A stretch of DNA of 64,000 bases, from assembly GCA_964466295.1 (NCBI GenBank), contig CAYXRC010000003.1, positions 407-64,406 of the forward strand, written 5' to 3'. The stretch's first letter is position 1; the number at the start of each line of letters is the position of its first letter. The translations under genes were made by a program, and so were the position numbers. Positions 33,186 through 44,582 of the stretch are shown piece by piece. Source of the stretch: an uncultured Ruminococcus sp. (GTDB lineage Bacteria > Bacillota > Clostridia > CAKSNL01 > HGM11501). Below the pieces are notes generated by a model. That model was given only the letters and a program-made list of their open reading frames with translations, was not told where the DNA came from and did not search any database.

Positions 33186-36100
33186 TTACTTAAAATAACG
33201 TACTGCCGCTTCAAACATTCTTATATTATACTCTCCCGGGACGTTTTTGTAAAGGTTTTCTCCGATTCTTTCACTGTGTCCCATCTTTCCGAATACTCTG
33301 CCGTCCGGAGAAGTAATACCCTCTATGGCGCACACCGACCCGTTCGGATTGTACATTATATCCTCGGTTGCGTTTTTATCCAAATCCACATACTGAGTGG
33401 CAATCTGACCGTTTTCGGCAAGCTTTTTGATTAAAGCCTCATCCGCTAAGAATCGTCCCTCGCCGTGTGAAATCGGCACGGAATAAATTTTATCGGTGTC
33501 CGCAAGAGAAAGCCACGGAGATTTTTTAGAAACAACCTTAGTTCTGACTATCTTTGATCTGTGACGGGCTATGCTGTTATAGGTCAGTGTGGGACAGGAC
33601 TCGTCTGTGTCAATAATCCTTCCGTAGGGCACCAGTCCCAGCTTTATAAGCGCCTGAAAGCCGTTGCATATACCGCACATAAGTCCTTCTCTATTATCTA
33701 AAAGCTCAGAAACAGCTTCCTTAACCGCCGCATTTCTGAAAAATGCCGTAATGAACTTTCCGCTTCCCTCGGGCTCGTCACCTCCGGAAAAGCCACCGGG
33801 GATAAATATCATCTGAGAAGAGGATATTTCCTTTGAAACCTCCTCCACGCTTTTCTTTATAAGCTCAGGCGTCAAGTTCTTTATAACGATTATCTTCGCC
33901 TCAGCGCCGGCTTCCTCCACCGCCTTTGCGGATTCGTATTCGCAGTTAGTTCCGGGAAATACCGGAATAAGCACCTTTGGACGGGCGGTTTTTACACTGC
34001 ATGTTACGCTCTGTCCTAATGTTTCACTTAAGGTTACAGCATAAGGCGTCGGATTTTTCTTATTGCAGGGATATACGCTCTCAAGCTTAGCTTCTGAAAT
34101 TTCCAAAAGCTTTGAAACCTCTACACTCTCGCCGTTAAAGGAGATAAGTCCGTCATCGGTTACCTCGCCTATTATATTTTCAGTGAGGTTTTCACCCTCT
34201 AAAATGAACGAGCCGTAGGAAAGACCGAAAAGCTCATCCATGGTAATATTGTAAAGCTTTGCGCCGAAGCCGTTTCCGAAGCACATTTTCATTAAGGCCT
34301 CCGATACTCCGCCCATACCCGGAGTATAAGCGGAAACTGCCTTGCCGCTTTTTAACAGGTCTGTAACTAAGGAAATTACTCTCTTCATATCCTCGCTATC
34401 GGGAAGAGAATTTTTATACTTGGGGCGTATAAGCGCAAGCTTGTTTCCTGCCTTTTTAAATTCGGGTGAAACGACCTCTGAAGCCTTTCCAACGGTAACC
34501 GCAAAGGATACTAAGGTAGGCGGAACATCCATATTTTCAAAGCTTCCGCTCATGGAGTCCTTTCCTCCTATTGAAGCGGCATGAAAGTCCTTCTGTGCCT
34601 TAAGCGCTCCTAAAAGCGCCGCTAAAGGCATTCCCCATCTTTCGGGATCCTTTCCCGGTCTGGGGAAATATTCCTGGAATGTAAGGTATACATCACGAAG
34701 CTGTGCTCCTGAAGCAATAAGCTTGCATATAGATTCCGTAACTGCAAGATATGCGCCGTGATACGGGCTTTTTTCAGAAACGAAAGGATTAAATCCGAAC
34801 GCCATAAAAGAGCAGTCGTCCGTTTTTCCCTTTTCGGTAGAAATTTTCTGCACCATTGCCTGAGCGGGAGTAAGCTGATATTTTCCGCCGTAGGGCATCA
34901 AGACGGTGCCGGCACCGATTGTGGAATCAAAGCACTCGGAAAGCCCCCTCTTAGAGCAGGAATTTAAGTCGTCCGCCGTCTTTTTCATGTTTTCCGTAAA
35001 GCCTCCTTTAACAGGCCTTACCTCGGTATCTGCGGCTTTAACATGAATATCCGTATGCTTTAAGGCTCCGTTGGAATTTAGAAATTTTCTGCTTAAATCC
35101 ACTATTTTTTTGCCCTTAAAGTTCATTACAAGCCTGTCAGTATCGGTAACCTCGGCTACTACCGTGGCGTTTATATTTTCCTCCTCCGAAAGCTTCAAGA
35201 ACTCGTCAATGTCGTTTTTGTCGACTACAACCGCCATTCTTTCCTGGGACTCGCTTATGGCAAGCTCTGTTCCAGTAAGACCCTCATACTTTTTGGGTAC
35301 TCTGTCAAGGTTAATTTCAAGTCCGTCAGCAAGCTCACCGATGGCGACAGATACGCCTCCGGCTCCGAAATCGTTACAGCGCTTAATCATCCGCGACGCT
35401 TTTTCGTTTCGGAAAAGTCTTTGAATTTTTCTCTCCTCCGGAGCGTTGCCCTTCTGAACCTCTGCTCCGCAGGTTTCCAAGGATTTTTCAGTGTGTGATT
35501 TACTCGACCCCGTAGCGCCGCCGCAGCCGTCACGACCCGTAGCACCGCCTAAAAGTATTACTGCGTCGCCTGCCACGGGCCGCTCACGCCTTACATTTTT
35601 TTCGGGCGCAGCCGCTATTACGGCTCCGATTTCCATTCTTTTAGCCGCATAGCCGTCATGATAGATTTCGTCCACTATGCCCGTCGCAAGACCTATCTGA
35701 TTTCCGTATGACGAATAGCCTGCCGCCGCTCCGGTAACGATTTTTCTTTGAGGAAGCTTGCCCTTTACGGTATCCTCAACCTTTTTTAAGGGGTCTGCCG
35801 CCCCGGTAACTCTCATAGCGCCGTAAACATAGCTTCTTCCCGAAAGGGGATCTCTTATTGCGCCGCCGATACAGGTTGCCGCTCCTCCGAAGGGCTCGAT
35901 TTCAGTGGGATGGTTATGGGTTTCGTTTTTGAATAACAAAAGCCACGGCTCTTTTTTACCGTCTACCGTAACGTCGATTTTTACGGTACACGCATTTATC
36001 TCCTCCGATTCGTCAAGCTTTTCAAGCTCGCCTTTTTTCTTAAGATATTTTGCCGCAATTGTCGCCATATCCATAAGGCATACGGGCTTTTTAACTTGGA

Positions 36101-36878
36101 GCTCTTCTCTTAATTTAAGGTACTCTTTATATTCTTCCTCCAAAAACTTATCTTCAAACTCTACGCTGTCGATATTGGTAAGAAACGTCGTATGACGGCA
36201 GTGATCAGACCAATAGGTGTCTATCATTCTGATTTCGGTCATTGTCGGATCGCGCTGTTCTTTTTCAAAATAGTCACGGCAGAATAAAAGGTCGTCCTTA
36301 TCCATTGCCAGCGACAGTTTTTTTATCATTTCCTCTAACTGTATATCGGAAAATTTTGTAAAGCCCTCTATCGTTTCCACATCACCCGGGTCGGTATAAG
36401 GTACAGAGAGCGTTTCCGGCTTTTCTAAAGAAGCCTCTCTCGACTCAACCGGGTTAATTACATATTTTTTTATTGTGTCTATATCGTCAGTGCTTATATT
36501 GCCGTAAAGAACATAGACCTTTGCGCTTTTTATTAAAGGGCGCTCGCCTTGTGAAATCATCTGGATACACTGTGCGGCAGAATCCGCTCTCTGGTCAAAC
36601 TGTCCCGGAAGATATTCAACCGCAAACACATAAGCTCCCTCATTTTTGAGCGCCTCTAAATCAATTTCGTCATAAAGGTCGTCAAGCTGAGGCTCGGAAA
36701 AAACCGTACGCTTGGCATAGTCAAAAATCTCTCTGTCAATATTTTCCGCATCATACCGATTTATTATCCTTACTCGCTTAAGTTCCTTTATGCCCAGAAG
36801 CGTTACAGCGTCGTCGTAAAGAGCCTTAGCTTCATGCTCAAGCCCCTTCTTTTTTTCAGAGTATACTCTTTCTACCAA
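33186..36878 (-). CDS. purL: Phosphoribosylformylglycinamidine synthase, single-chain large type
   Basis: 1230 aa. FGAM synthetase core ([26 protein letters not shown]) and a C-terminal glutaminase domain (GICNGFQAL...HGEGRF). Confidence 0.95.
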   Translation of the reverse strand: MVERVYSEKKKGLEHEAKALYDDAVTLLGIKELKRVRIINRYDAENIDREIFDYAKRTVFSEPQLDDLYDEIDLEALKNEGAYVFAVEYLPGQFDQRADSAAQCIQMISQGERPLIKSAKVYVLYGNISTDDIDTIKKYVINPVESREASLEKPETLSVPYTDPGDVETIEGFTKFSDIQLEEMIKKLSLAMDKDDLLFCRDYFEKEQRDPTMTEIRMIDTYWSDHCRHTTFLTNIDSVEFEDKFLEEEYKEYLKLREELQVKKPVCLMDMATIAAKYLKKKGELEKLDESEEINACTVKIDVTVDGKKEPWLLLFKNETHNHPTEIEPFGGAATCIGGAIRDPLSGRSYVYGAMRVTGAADPLKKVEDTVKGKLPQRKIVTGAAAGYSSYGNQIGLATGIVDEIYHDGYAAKRMEIGAVIAAAPEKNVRRERPVAGDAVILLGGATGRDGCGGATGSSKSHTEKSLETCGAEVQKGNAPEERKIQRLFRNEKASRMIKRCNDFGAGGVSVAIGELADGLEINLDRVPKKYEGLTGTELAISESQERMAVVVDKNDIDEFLKLSEEENINATVVAEVTDTDRLVMNFKGKKIVDLSRKFLNSNGALKHTDIHVKAADTEVRPVKGGFTENMKKTADDLNSCSKRGLSECFDSTIGAGTVLMPYGGKYQLTPAQAMVQKISTEKGKTDDCSFMAFGFNPFVSEKSPYHGAYLAVTESICKLIASGAQLRDVYLTFQEYFPRPGKDPERWGMPLAALLGALKAQKDFHAASIGGKDSMSGSFENMDVPPTLVSFAVTVGKASEVVSPEFKKAGNKLALIRPKYKNSLPDSEDMKRVISLVTDLLKSGKAVSAYTPGMGGVSEALMKMCFGNGFGAKLYNITMDELFGLSYGSFILEGENLTENIIGEVTDDGLISFNGESVEVSKLLEISEAKLESVYPCNKKNPTPYAVTLSETLGQSVTCSVKTARPKVLIPVFPGTNCEYESAKAVEEAGAEAKIIVIKNLTPELIKKSVEEVSKEISSSQMIFIPGGFSGGDEPEGSGKFITAFFRNAAVKEAVSELLDNREGLMCGICNGFQALIKLGLVPYGRIIDTDESCPTLTYNSIARHRSKIVRTKVVSKKSPWLSLADTDKIYSVPISHGEGRFLADEALIKKLAENGQIATQYVDLDKNATEDIMYNPNGSVCAIEGITSPDGRVFGKMGHSERIGENLYKNVPGEYNIRMFEAAVRYFK

Positions 36879-38149
36879 GTAAAGTCCCCCTTTGCCTCAA
36901 GCGCTTTTTTTCCGATATCTTTTCTGTAATATGCGTTTTTAAAATTAATCAAGGAAACAAGACCGTAGGCTTTTTCCACGGCATCTTTTAAGGTTTCTCC
37001 GGTCTTTACCGCTCCTAAAACTCTGCCGCCGTCGGTTATAAGCTTACCGCCTTCCTCTTTTGCTCCCGCAAAAATTATGCTATCCTCTTCCTTTTCGGGA
37101 AAGCTTATTTCAAAGCCCTTTTCGTACTTTTCAGGATAGCCTTCCGACGCCATAATTACACAGCAGGCGCTTTCGTTTTTAAATTCAACCTCCGTGTCCT
37201 CAAGCCTTTCTTCGGTGACCGCCAGCATAATCTCTAAAAGGTCTGACTTTAATAAAGGAAGCACAACCTGAGTTTCGGGATCTCCGAAACGGCAGTTATA
37301 TTCAATTACCTTAGGTCCGTCCTTAGTCAGCATAAGTCCGAAATAGAGGCACCCCTTAAATGTACGGTTTTCCTTATTCATAGCGTTTACGGTCGGCATA
37401 AAGATTTTTTCCATGCACTCTTTCTCAAGCTCTTTAGTATAGTAGGGATTGGGTGCGACCGTGCCCATGCCGCCGGTGTTAAGTCCGCTATCGTTATCCT
37501 TTGCCCTTTTATGGTCCATTGAGGAAACCATAGGCTTTAAGCATTTGCCGTCTGTAAACGCAAGCACCGACACTTCAGGTCCCTCTAAAAATTCTTCAAT
37601 TACTATATTTTCTCCGCTTTTACCGAAGATTTTATCCTCCATAAGGGATTTTACCGCATTTTTTGCCTCATCCTTAGTCTTGGCTATAATTACTCCCTTG
37701 CCTAATGCAAGTCCGTCAGCCTTTATAACCGTAGGAACAGGCGCTGTATCAAGATAAGAAAGCGCCTCTTTCATGTCTGAAAATACCTCATATTTCGCAG
37801 TGGGAATAGAGTATTTTTTCATGAGGTTTTTTGAAAATACCTTGCTTCCCTCTATCTCGGCCGCACTTTTTCTCGGTCCGAAGCAAGCAATACCTTCTTT
37901 TTCAAGCGCATCTACCGTTCCCAATACCAAAGGGTCGTCCGGAGCAACAATAGCATAATCTATTTTTTCTTTCTTGGCAAATTCAACTATTTTTTCCGTT
38001 TCCTTTGCGCCGATAGGCACCAAAACGGCGTCCTTTGCCATACCGCCGTTGCCCGGCAATGCGTAAATAATCTCCGCTTTCTTATTCTGCTTTATTTTTT
38101 TAATTATGGCGTGCTCTCTGCCGCCCTGACCTATAACCATTATCCGCAT
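36872..38149 (-). CDS. purD: Phosphoribosylamine-glycine ligase
   Basis: MVIGQGGREHAI...ATP-grasp...NCRFGDPETQ. Confidence 0.95.
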   Translation of the reverse strand: MRIMVIGQGGREHAIIKKIKQNKKAEIIYALPGNGGMAKDAVLVPIGAKETEKIVEFAKKEKIDYAIVAPDDPLVLGTVDALEKEGIACFGPRKSAAEIEGSKVFSKNLMKKYSIPTAKYEVFSDMKEALSYLDTAPVPTVIKADGLALGKGVIIAKTKDEAKNAVKSLMEDKIFGKSGENIVIEEFLEGPEVSVLAFTDGKCLKPMVSSMDHKRAKDNDSGLNTGGMGTVAPNPYYTKELEKECMEKIFMPTVNAMNKENRTFKGCLYFGLMLTKDGPKVIEYNCRFGDPETQVVLPLLKSDLLEIMLAVTEERLEDTEVEFKNESACCVIMASEGYPEKYEKGFEISFPEKEEDSIIFAGAKEEGGKLITDGGRVLGAVKTGETLKDAVEKAYGLVSLINFKNAYYRKDIGKKALEAKGDFTW

Positions 38150-38167
38150 AGGATTTCATCCTTTCTT

Positions 38168-39352
38168 TTAATGATGGAAAAGTCTTATGCCTGTAAACGC
38201 CATTACCATACCGTATTTATCACAGCAGGATATTACCGCGTCATCTCTTATAGAGCCGCCCGGCTCGGCAACGTATTTTACGCCGCTTCTTTTCGCCCTC
38301 TGGATATTATCGTCAAATGGGAAGAATGCATCGGAGCCCAGCGCAACATTATCAACCTTATCGAGAAATTCTCTCGCTTCCTTTTCCGTAAGAGGCTCGG
38401 GTCTTCTTTCAAAATATCTCTGCCATACTCCGTCTTTTGTTACGTCCTCTTCGTTTTTATTTATATATCCGTCGATTGCGTTATCTCTGTCCGCCCGTTT
38501 TATATCCTTTTTAAAGGGAAGCGAAAGCACCTTTTCATGCTGACGCAAAAACCATGTATCAGCCTTGGTACCGGCAAGACGGGTGCAGTGAATACGGGAC
38601 TGCTGACCTGCTCCCACTCCTATCGCCTGCCCTCCGTAGGCATAGCAAACGGAATTTGACTGAGTATATTTAAGCGTAATAAGTGAAATAAGAAGGTCAA
38701 TAGCGGCAGACTCGGGAAGGTCTTTATTCTTTGTTACTATATTGTCTAAAAGCGCTCTTGTAATCTTAAAATTATTTCTGCCCTGACGGAAGGTGATACC
38801 GAAAACCTGCTTTTCCTCGACTTGGTCGGGCACATAATTTTCATCTATTTTAACTATGTTATAATTCCCGGAGCGCTTTGTTTTTAATATTTCAAGTGCC
38901 TCTTCGTCATAATCGGGGGCAATTACTCCGTCTGATACCTCTTTTTTTATAAGCTTTGCTGTTGCTACGTCGCATTTATCGGAAAGCGCTACCCAATCTC
39001 CGAAAGAGCAAAGACGGTCGGTTCCTCTTGCTCTTGCATAAGCCGAAGCTAAAAGCGATGAATCAACGTCGTCCTCATCATCCACGAAGCACATTTTTTT
39101 GAGTGTATCGGTAAGCTTAATTCCCACTGCCGCAGACGTCGGACTTACATGCTTAAAGGAGGAAGCCGCAGGAAGTCCCGTTGCCTCCTTAAGCTCTGAC
39201 ACAAGCTGCCAGCTGTTTAATGCGTCTAAAAAATTTATATATCCGGGTCTTCCGGAAAGTATTTCAATCGGAAGCTCGCCGCCGTTTTTCATATATATTT
39301 TCGACGGCTTCTGGTTGGGATTGCAGCCGTACTTTAATTCAAATTCCTTCAT
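38168..39352 (-). CDS. purH: AICAR formyltransferase (PurH transformylase domain only, no MGS-like IMP cyclohydrolase domain)
   Basis: 394 aa. LKYGCNPNQ...SFKHVSPTSAAVG...GGSIRD motifs of the AICARFT domain. No N-terminal IMPCH domain. Confidence 0.85.
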   Translation of the reverse strand: MKEFELKYGCNPNQKPSKIYMKNGGELPIEILSGRPGYINFLDALNSWQLVSELKEATGLPAASSFKHVSPTSAAVGIKLTDTLKKMCFVDDEDDVDSSLLASAYARARGTDRLCSFGDWVALSDKCDVATAKLIKKEVSDGVIAPDYDEEALEILKTKRSGNYNIVKIDENYVPDQVEEKQVFGITFRQGRNNFKITRALLDNIVTKNKDLPESAAIDLLISLITLKYTQSNSVCYAYGGQAIGVGAGQQSRIHCTRLAGTKADTWFLRQHEKVLSLPFKKDIKRADRDNAIDGYINKNEEDVTKDGVWQRYFERRPEPLTEKEAREFLDKVDNVALGSDAFFPFDDNIQRAKRSGVKYVAEPGGSIRDDAVISCCDKYGMVMAFTGIRLFHH

Positions 39353-39364
39353 TAAATTGACTCC

Positions 39365-40084
39365 TTATTTATTTTTGTTTATCATACGTGACTCGGTATC
39401 TCCCGAGGAAAGGTCAATATACCTTACGTAAAGCGATATTTTATTGTCGCTGTCAAGGCTTGCCCAAAGCTTTTCGGCAAAAACATCTATGTCGTTTTCG
39501 GTCGCGAAACGACGGGGCTCTCCGGAAAATGTGGGAAGCGGATTCCCGTCGGAATCGTATGTATGAATAAAGTGTCCGAGTCCGGCTTTTGACGGATATG
39601 AGAAAGTATATCTCGCCGAATCAGAGCCCTCTTTATCAATACTTTTTAATATGCTCATCTCGTAAGTAAAATCCCCGTCGGAAAACTCTGCTGCCGCACT
39701 GATTCTCGGCGTGAAATTAGGCTCGTCCGGCTCAAAGGTACGGGTTTTTAAAATATCGGAAAAGCCGACTCCGCTTGCGTACCCGTCATATACGGTATCC
39801 GTCTGGTCGCCGTTTGTAACGATAAGCTTGTTTTCAAAAACAGCTACGGCTCTGTATATAATAAGCGACGGATCGGTTACCTTTGATTCGTCAAAGGGCT
39901 TTGTATAAACATCTGTTCCCTGCTCTTCAAAAACTCTGTTTCTGCTGTTTTCGCTTCTTCCCATTATAAAATATGCCGCCGCCGCCTTTTTCCCGTCGGG
40001 AGTCTTTCCTATTGCAATTCCGCGTCCGGCATAGGAGTTGGATTTAAGCATATCATATATAGAATTTATTTTATAATTATCCAT
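39365..40084 (-). CDS. purO: Archaeal-type IMP cyclohydrolase (PurO-like)
   Basis: 239 aa. YAGRGIAIGKTPDGKKAAAAYFIMGRSENSRNRVF...TNGDQTD resembles the PurO family. Sits exactly where the missing PurH cyclohydrolase function is needed. Confidence 0.7.
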   Translation of the reverse strand: MDNYKINSIYDMLKSNSYAGRGIAIGKTPDGKKAAAAYFIMGRSENSRNRVFEEQGTDVYTKPFDESKVTDPSLIIYRAVAVFENKLIVTNGDQTDTVYDGYASGVGFSDILKTRTFEPDEPNFTPRISAAAEFSDGDFTYEMSILKSIDKEGSDSARYTFSYPSKAGLGHFIHTYDSDGNPLPTFSGEPRRFATENDIDVFAEKLWASLDSDNKISLYVRYIDLSSGDTESRMINKNK

Positions 40085-40098
40085 AAAGCTACCCTTTC

Positions 40099-40689
40099 TT
40101 ATTTAAGACTTTTACACACCATTTCAGCCGCCTGTGGAAGTATCTTCCATTCTGCCAGGCGCATTACCCTTTTCTGCAGGGTTTCAGGCGTATCCGAATC
40201 CTCTATTTTCACGGCCTTCTGCAATATAATCTTGCCCCCGTCGGGTATTTCGTTTACAAAATGAACGGTTGCTCCCGTTACCTTTACTCCGTAAGCAAGC
40301 GCCGCCTCGTGTACCTTAAGACCGTAAAAGCCCTCTCCACAGAAGGACGGAATAAGCGAAGGATGGACATTTATTATACGCCCTTCAAAGTGCTTTATAA
40401 AATCTGCACTTAATATTGACATAAATCCGGCTAAAATAATTAAGTCGATTTTTTCCTTTTCAAGCTTATTTAATATTTCTCCTTCAAAGCGCTTTCCAAG
40501 GGTCTTTTTATCTGCAACGAAGGTTTCAATACCGGCTTTCCCGGCTCTTTCCAAAGCATACGCTTTTTCGTTGCTGGAAATTACAAGGCTTATTTTTCCG
40601 CTTTTTAGCTCGCCCCTGTTTTCCGCCCGAATAAGCGCCGCAAGGTTTGTTCCTCCGCCTGATACCAAAACGGCTATTTTCTTTCTCAT
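40099..40689 (-). CDS. purN: Phosphoribosylglycinamide formyltransferase
   Basis: [13 protein letters not shown]...INVHPSLIP...GATVHFV. Confidence 0.9.
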   Translation of the reverse strand: MRKKIAVLVSGGGTNLAALIRAENRGELKSGKISLVISSNEKAYALERAGKAGIETFVADKKTLGKRFEGEILNKLEKEKIDLIILAGFMSILSADFIKHFEGRIINVHPSLIPSFCGEGFYGLKVHEAALAYGVKVTGATVHFVNEIPDGGKIILQKAVKIEDSDTPETLQKRVMRLAEWKILPQAAEMVCKSLK

Positions 40690-41720
40690 AATATCACCTT
40701 GTCGCCGGATTTTACTATCTCGCCGAGAATATATGCGTCCTCGCCGGAATCTTTCAATATTTTTACCGCCTCGTCCTTATCCTCGGGCGCAACTACAACG
40801 CTCATGCCTACGCCCATATTAAAGGTATTAAACATATCTCGCTCGGGGATATTTCCTTCCTTTGCAATAAGATTAAATATCGGAGGAATTTTTATCGCCT
40901 GCTTGTCTATCCTTGCTCCAAGACCGTCAGGAATACTTCTGGGAATATTTTCATAAAATCCTCCGCCGGTTATATGGGATATACCCTTTACCTTAATCCT
41001 TTCGGTAAGTGCCAATATGGGCTTTACGTATATCCTTGTAGGCTCCAATAATGCCTCGCCCAAAGATTTTCCCATAAGAGAATCCCGTTTCGACGTAAGG
41101 TCGGCATTTTCCACGTCAAACACCTTTCTTACAAGGGAAAATCCGTTTGAATGTACTCCGGAGGACGGAAGAGCGATAACAACGTCGCCCTCCTTCATTG
41201 TCTTATTATCTATAACCTTATCCCTGTCCACAATTCCAACGGCAAAGCCGGCAAGATCGTACTCGTTTTCCGGATAAAAGCCCGGCATCTCCGCCGTTTC
41301 ACCGCCGATAAGAGCCGCTCCCGACATCTTGCAGCCGTCGCATACTCCCTTTACTATGTCGGCAATACGCTCGGGCACATTTTTGCCGCAGGCGATATAA
41401 TCAAGGAAAAACAACGGCTTCGCGCCGGAGCATATTATATCGTTAACGCACATTGCCACGCAGTCTATACCAACGCTGTCATGCTTATCCATTAAAAATG
41501 CGATTTTAAGCTTTGTGCCTACTCCGTCTGTTCCGCTTACCAAGACGGGGTGCTTGATTCCTGAAAGGTCAAGCTCAAAAAGCCCTCCGAATCCGCCTAT
41601 ATCGGAAAGCGCCCCTTTTGTAAGCGTGCCCCTTATATGCTTTTTCATCAACTCAACAGCCTTGTATCCGGCAGTAATATCTACACCGGCCTCTTTATAG
41701 CTTTCGCTGTAACTTTTCAT
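40686..41720 (-). CDS. purM: Phosphoribosylformylglycinamidine cyclo-ligase (AIR synthetase)
   Basis: YKEAGVDI...[10 protein letters not shown]...DLAGFAVG...HITGGG. Confidence 0.95.
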   Translation of the reverse strand: MKSYSESYKEAGVDITAGYKAVELMKKHIRGTLTKGALSDIGGFGGLFELDLSGIKHPVLVSGTDGVGTKLKIAFLMDKHDSVGIDCVAMCVNDIICSGAKPLFFLDYIACGKNVPERIADIVKGVCDGCKMSGAALIGGETAEMPGFYPENEYDLAGFAVGIVDRDKVIDNKTMKEGDVVIALPSSGVHSNGFSLVRKVFDVENADLTSKRDSLMGKSLGEALLEPTRIYVKPILALTERIKVKGISHITGGGFYENIPRSIPDGLGARIDKQAIKIPPIFNLIAKEGNIPERDMFNTFNMGVGMSVVVAPEDKDEAVKILKDSGEDAYILGEIVKSGDKVIL

Positions 41721-41723
41721 TTT

Positions 41724-43157
41724 TTAATCCTCTCTTTCGGATATTTTTCTTTCAAATCTGTCCTTTTTTGTTTCTTTAGGCACATCGGCAGGATACTCTG
41801 TTCCGAAACAGCCTGTGCAAAATCCGTTACAGCCGGAGCCCTGTGCTATTTTAAGAACGTTATCAACGCTTAAATACCCCAAGGTATCCACTCCGATTTT
41901 CTCCGCTATTTCCGAAAGAGTATGATTGCAGGCAATAAGCGTATCCTTTGAGTCAATATCCGTTCCGTAATAGCATGCGTTTACAAAGGGCGGAGATGAA
42001 ATTCTCATATGCACCTCTTTGGCTCCCGCATCTCTTATAAGCTTAACAATTCTCGCACTTGTAGTTCCCCGGACAATAGAATCGTCTATCAATACCACCC
42101 TTTTTCCGGCGACCGTTTCCTTTACGGGATTAAGCTTTATTCTGACCTTATTTTCACGGCTTTTCTGACCGGGAGAAATAAAGGTACGCCCGATATATTT
42201 ATTTTTAATAAAGCCTATTCCGTAAGGGATTCCCGACTGACGGGAAAAGCCTATGGCCGCATCTATGCCCGAGTCCGGAACACCTATTACAATATCCGCC
42301 TGCACGGGATGCTCAAGCGCCAAAAACGCCCCCGCCCTAAGACGTGCCGAATGGACAGAGCAGCCGTCCATCACAGAGTCCGGACGTGCGAAATAAATAT
42401 ATTCAAAAATGCATGTGGACTGCCTTACCTCATTGCAGTGATCCTTAATGCTTGTGACTCCGTCCTTTTTAAATACAACAATTTCTCCCGGGAGCACATC
42501 CCTTAAAAAAGTCGCCCCCACTGCGTCTAAAGCTACGCTTTCTGACGCAACCACATATCCCCCGTCGTCGGTCGTTCCGATACAAAGGGGTCTGAAGCCG
42601 TTGGGATCTCTTACGGCAATAAGCTTAGACGGCGACATTATAACCAAAGAGTACGCTCCCTTAATTATACCCATCGCCTTGTTTACAGCCTCCTCAATGC
42701 TTTTGGAGGTAAGCCGTTCTTTAGTGATAATATAGCTGATTACCTCGGTATCGCTCGTGGTGTGGAAAATAGATCCCCCAAGCTCCAGCATACTGCGAAG
42801 CTCGTAGGAGTTGGTAAGATTTCCGTTATGGGCAAGTGCCATTCTTCCCTTGATATGATTTACCACAATGGGCTGAGCGTTTAATCTGCCGTCGGTGCCT
42901 GTGGTGCCGTACCTCACGTGTCCCACCGCCATGTTGCCGTCGCCAAGCCTGTCAAGTATATCTGCGGTAAAAACGTCGTTTACCAATCCCACGTCTTTAT
43001 AGCTTTGAAAAACCCCGTCGTCGTTTACTACAATTCCGGCGCTTTCCTGTCCCCTGTGCTGAAGAGCAAAAAGACCGTAATAAGCGTCCTTTGCCACATC
43101 TGTTTTTTCACCTTTATATATTCCGAAGACTCCGCACTCTTCTCTTAAGCCGCTCAT
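41724..43157 (-). CDS. purF: Amidophosphoribosyltransferase
   Basis: N-terminal ECGVFGI (Cys-1 after processing), PRTase motif VVLIDDSIVRGTT, and C-terminal Cys ligands for a 4Fe-4S cluster. Confidence 0.95.
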   Translation of the reverse strand: MSGLREECGVFGIYKGEKTDVAKDAYYGLFALQHRGQESAGIVVNDDGVFQSYKDVGLVNDVFTADILDRLGDGNMAVGHVRYGTTGTDGRLNAQPIVVNHIKGRMALAHNGNLTNSYELRSMLELGGSIFHTTSDTEVISYIITKERLTSKSIEEAVNKAMGIIKGAYSLVIMSPSKLIAVRDPNGFRPLCIGTTDDGGYVVASESVALDAVGATFLRDVLPGEIVVFKKDGVTSIKDHCNEVRQSTCIFEYIYFARPDSVMDGCSVHSARLRAGAFLALEHPVQADIVIGVPDSGIDAAIGFSRQSGIPYGIGFIKNKYIGRTFISPGQKSRENKVRIKLNPVKETVAGKRVVLIDDSIVRGTTSARIVKLIRDAGAKEVHMRISSPPFVNACYYGTDIDSKDTLIACNHTLSEIAEKIGVDTLGYLSVDNVLKIAQGSGCNGFCTGCFGTEYPADVPKETKKDRFERKISERED

Positions 43158-43870
43158 TAATTACCTCCGAAAATTCTCTTCATCATTTCGCTGTATGCTT
43201 CCTCGACATTGCCAAGATCCCTTCTGAATCTGTCCTTATCCAGCTTTTCATGAGTTTCAGAATCCCAAAATCTGCAGGTATCCGGCGATATTTCGTCAGC
43301 TAAAATAATCTTTCCGTCCAAAGTCTTGCCGAACTCAATTTTAAAATCAATAAGATCTATATTTATTTTCTTAAAGAAATCTTTAAGAAATGCGTTAATC
43401 TTAAAGGCATATTCGGATATTTCGGAAAGCTCCTCTTTTGTCGCCCAGCCGCAGGCTACTATATGATAATCGTTTACCATGGGATCGCCCAGTGCGTCGT
43501 CCTTATAGCAGAATTCTAACGTGGGGCAAAGAAGCTCCTTCCCCTCGGGAACGCCGAATCTCTTTGAAAAAGAGCCTGCCGCAACATTTCTCACGATGAC
43601 CTCAAGAGGAACAATGGAAACCTTTTTAACCAGCGTTTCACGGTCGTTTAATTCCTCTACAAAGTGAGTGGGAACTCCGGCTTTTTCAAGCTCGCCCATA
43701 AGATAGTTAGACATCTTGTTGTTTACAACGCCCTTGCCGGCGATTGTGCCCTTCTTAAGTCCGTTAAACGCCGTTGCGTCGTCCTTATAAGACACTATGC
43801 AATAATTGTCATCCTCTGTCGCAAATACCTTTTTTGCTTTTCCTTCGTAAAGCATTTCCTTTTTTTCCAT
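43157..43870 (-). CDS. purC: SAICAR synthase
   Basis: [10 protein letters not shown]...LEVIVRN..AGS...[12 protein letters not shown]. Confidence 0.95.
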   Translation of the reverse strand: MEKKEMLYEGKAKKVFATEDDNYCIVSYKDDATAFNGLKKGTIAGKGVVNNKMSNYLMGELEKAGVPTHFVEELNDRETLVKKVSIVPLEVIVRNVAAGSFSKRFGVPEGKELLCPTLEFCYKDDALGDPMVNDYHIVACGWATKEELSEISEYAFKINAFLKDFFKKINIDLIDFKIEFGKTLDGKIILADEISPDTCRFWDSETHEKLDKDRFRRDLGNVEEAYSEMMKRIFGGN

Positions 43871-43882
43871 GATAAGTCCTCC

Positions 43883-44377
43883 TTAATTATTTAAACGGTC
43901 AGATATGTTTTTATCTTTTTCAATAACCTTTTCCCTGTCGTTTCTCCGTTTTTCCATAAGTTTTTCGTAAAGCTCTTTGTCGCCTAAAGCAATAATCTCA
44001 GCCGCAAGAAGAGCCGCATTTACTCCTGCGTCCACTCCCACCGACGCAACCGGAATTCCCGGAGGCATCATAACCGTTGAAAGCAAAGCGTCCATCCCGT
44101 CAAAGCACGAGGATTTGCACGGGATTCCTATTACCGGCAAAAGCGTGTTTGCCGCAATTGCTCCGGCAAGATGCGCCGCCATGCCGGCAACCGCAATAAT
44201 TACCCCAAATCCGTTGTCAGAGGCTTCTTCGGCAAACCTTTTTGCCTCATTTGGAGTTCTGTGTGCGGAATATACATGCGCCTCGTAAGGCACTCCAAGC
44301 TCTTTTAAGATATCCGCCGCTTTCTTAACAACTGGCAGATCGCTGTCGCTTCCCATAACTATTCCGACTTTTTTCAT
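43883..44377 (-). CDS. purE: PurE (N5-CAIR mutase-type signature SAHRTP)
   Basis: VGIVMGSDSD...VYSAHRTP...AGMAAHLAG. Confidence 0.95.
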   Translation of the reverse strand: MKKVGIVMGSDSDLPVVKKAADILKELGVPYEAHVYSAHRTPNEAKRFAEEASDNGFGVIIAVAGMAAHLAGAIAANTLLPVIGIPCKSSCFDGMDALLSTVMMPPGIPVASVGVDAGVNAALLAAEIIALGDKELYEKLMEKRRNDREKVIEKDKNISDRLNN

Positions 44378-44406
44378 ACGTAATCCATCCTTTCATTTAA
44401 CTGAAA

Positions 44407-44448
44407 CAAAAAGGCGCACTTACCTCCCACTAAAGAAGTAAATGCGCC
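44407..44448 (-). terminator. Expression-platform terminator of the ZTP riboswitch
   Basis: RNA GGCGCAUUUAC...GUAAGUGCGCC followed by UUUUU. Its 5' arm overlaps the CUGGGCGC 3' end of the aptamer. Confidence 0.75.
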
Positions 44449-44525
44449 CAGACGGTCGGCTTTAAAACTCCCTAAAAGCTTCTTTGTGGTGCTCCACTTA
44501 TCCGTCAGTCACTTAAAGGGGCTTA
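44443..44525 (-). ncRNA. ZTP (pfl-motif) riboswitch
   Basis: RNA GUGACUGACGGAUAAGUGGAGCACCAC...(linker)...GCCGACCGUCUGGGCG carries the conserved GACUGACGG, GUGG/CCAC and CCGACCGUCUGGGCG elements of ZTP aptamers. Located upstream of purE. Confidence 0.8.
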
Positions 44526-44538
44526 TTTAGCTTAATAT

Positions 44539-44567
44539 ATTTTAACATATCCGACCATTTGTGTCAA
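44539..44567 (-). promoter_or_regulatory. pur operon promoter
   Basis: On the - strand: TTGACA (44562-44567), 17 nt, TAAAAT (44539-44544). Confidence 0.7.
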
Positions 44568-44582
44568 GGCTTTTTACCCCAC

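Noticed and set aside
33173-33214. A 14-codon N-terminal extension of Fhs that overlaps the purL 3' end.
   Set aside because: The conserved Fhs N-terminus (KSDLEIA) begins right after the GTG at 33172, which has a good SD. The upstream ATG lacks one.
34342-44288. Numerous 60-180-aa + strand ORFs across the pur operon, for example 38111-38659, 42009-42506 and 41151-41495.
   Set aside because: All are antisense shadows of strongly conserved - strand purine genes and show no independent signals.
43883-44377. Absence of purK next to a class-I-type purE, as a possible pathway anomaly.
   Set aside because: purK may simply be encoded outside this window, so this cannot be judged from 64 kb. It is noted only as a check in the pur operon finding.
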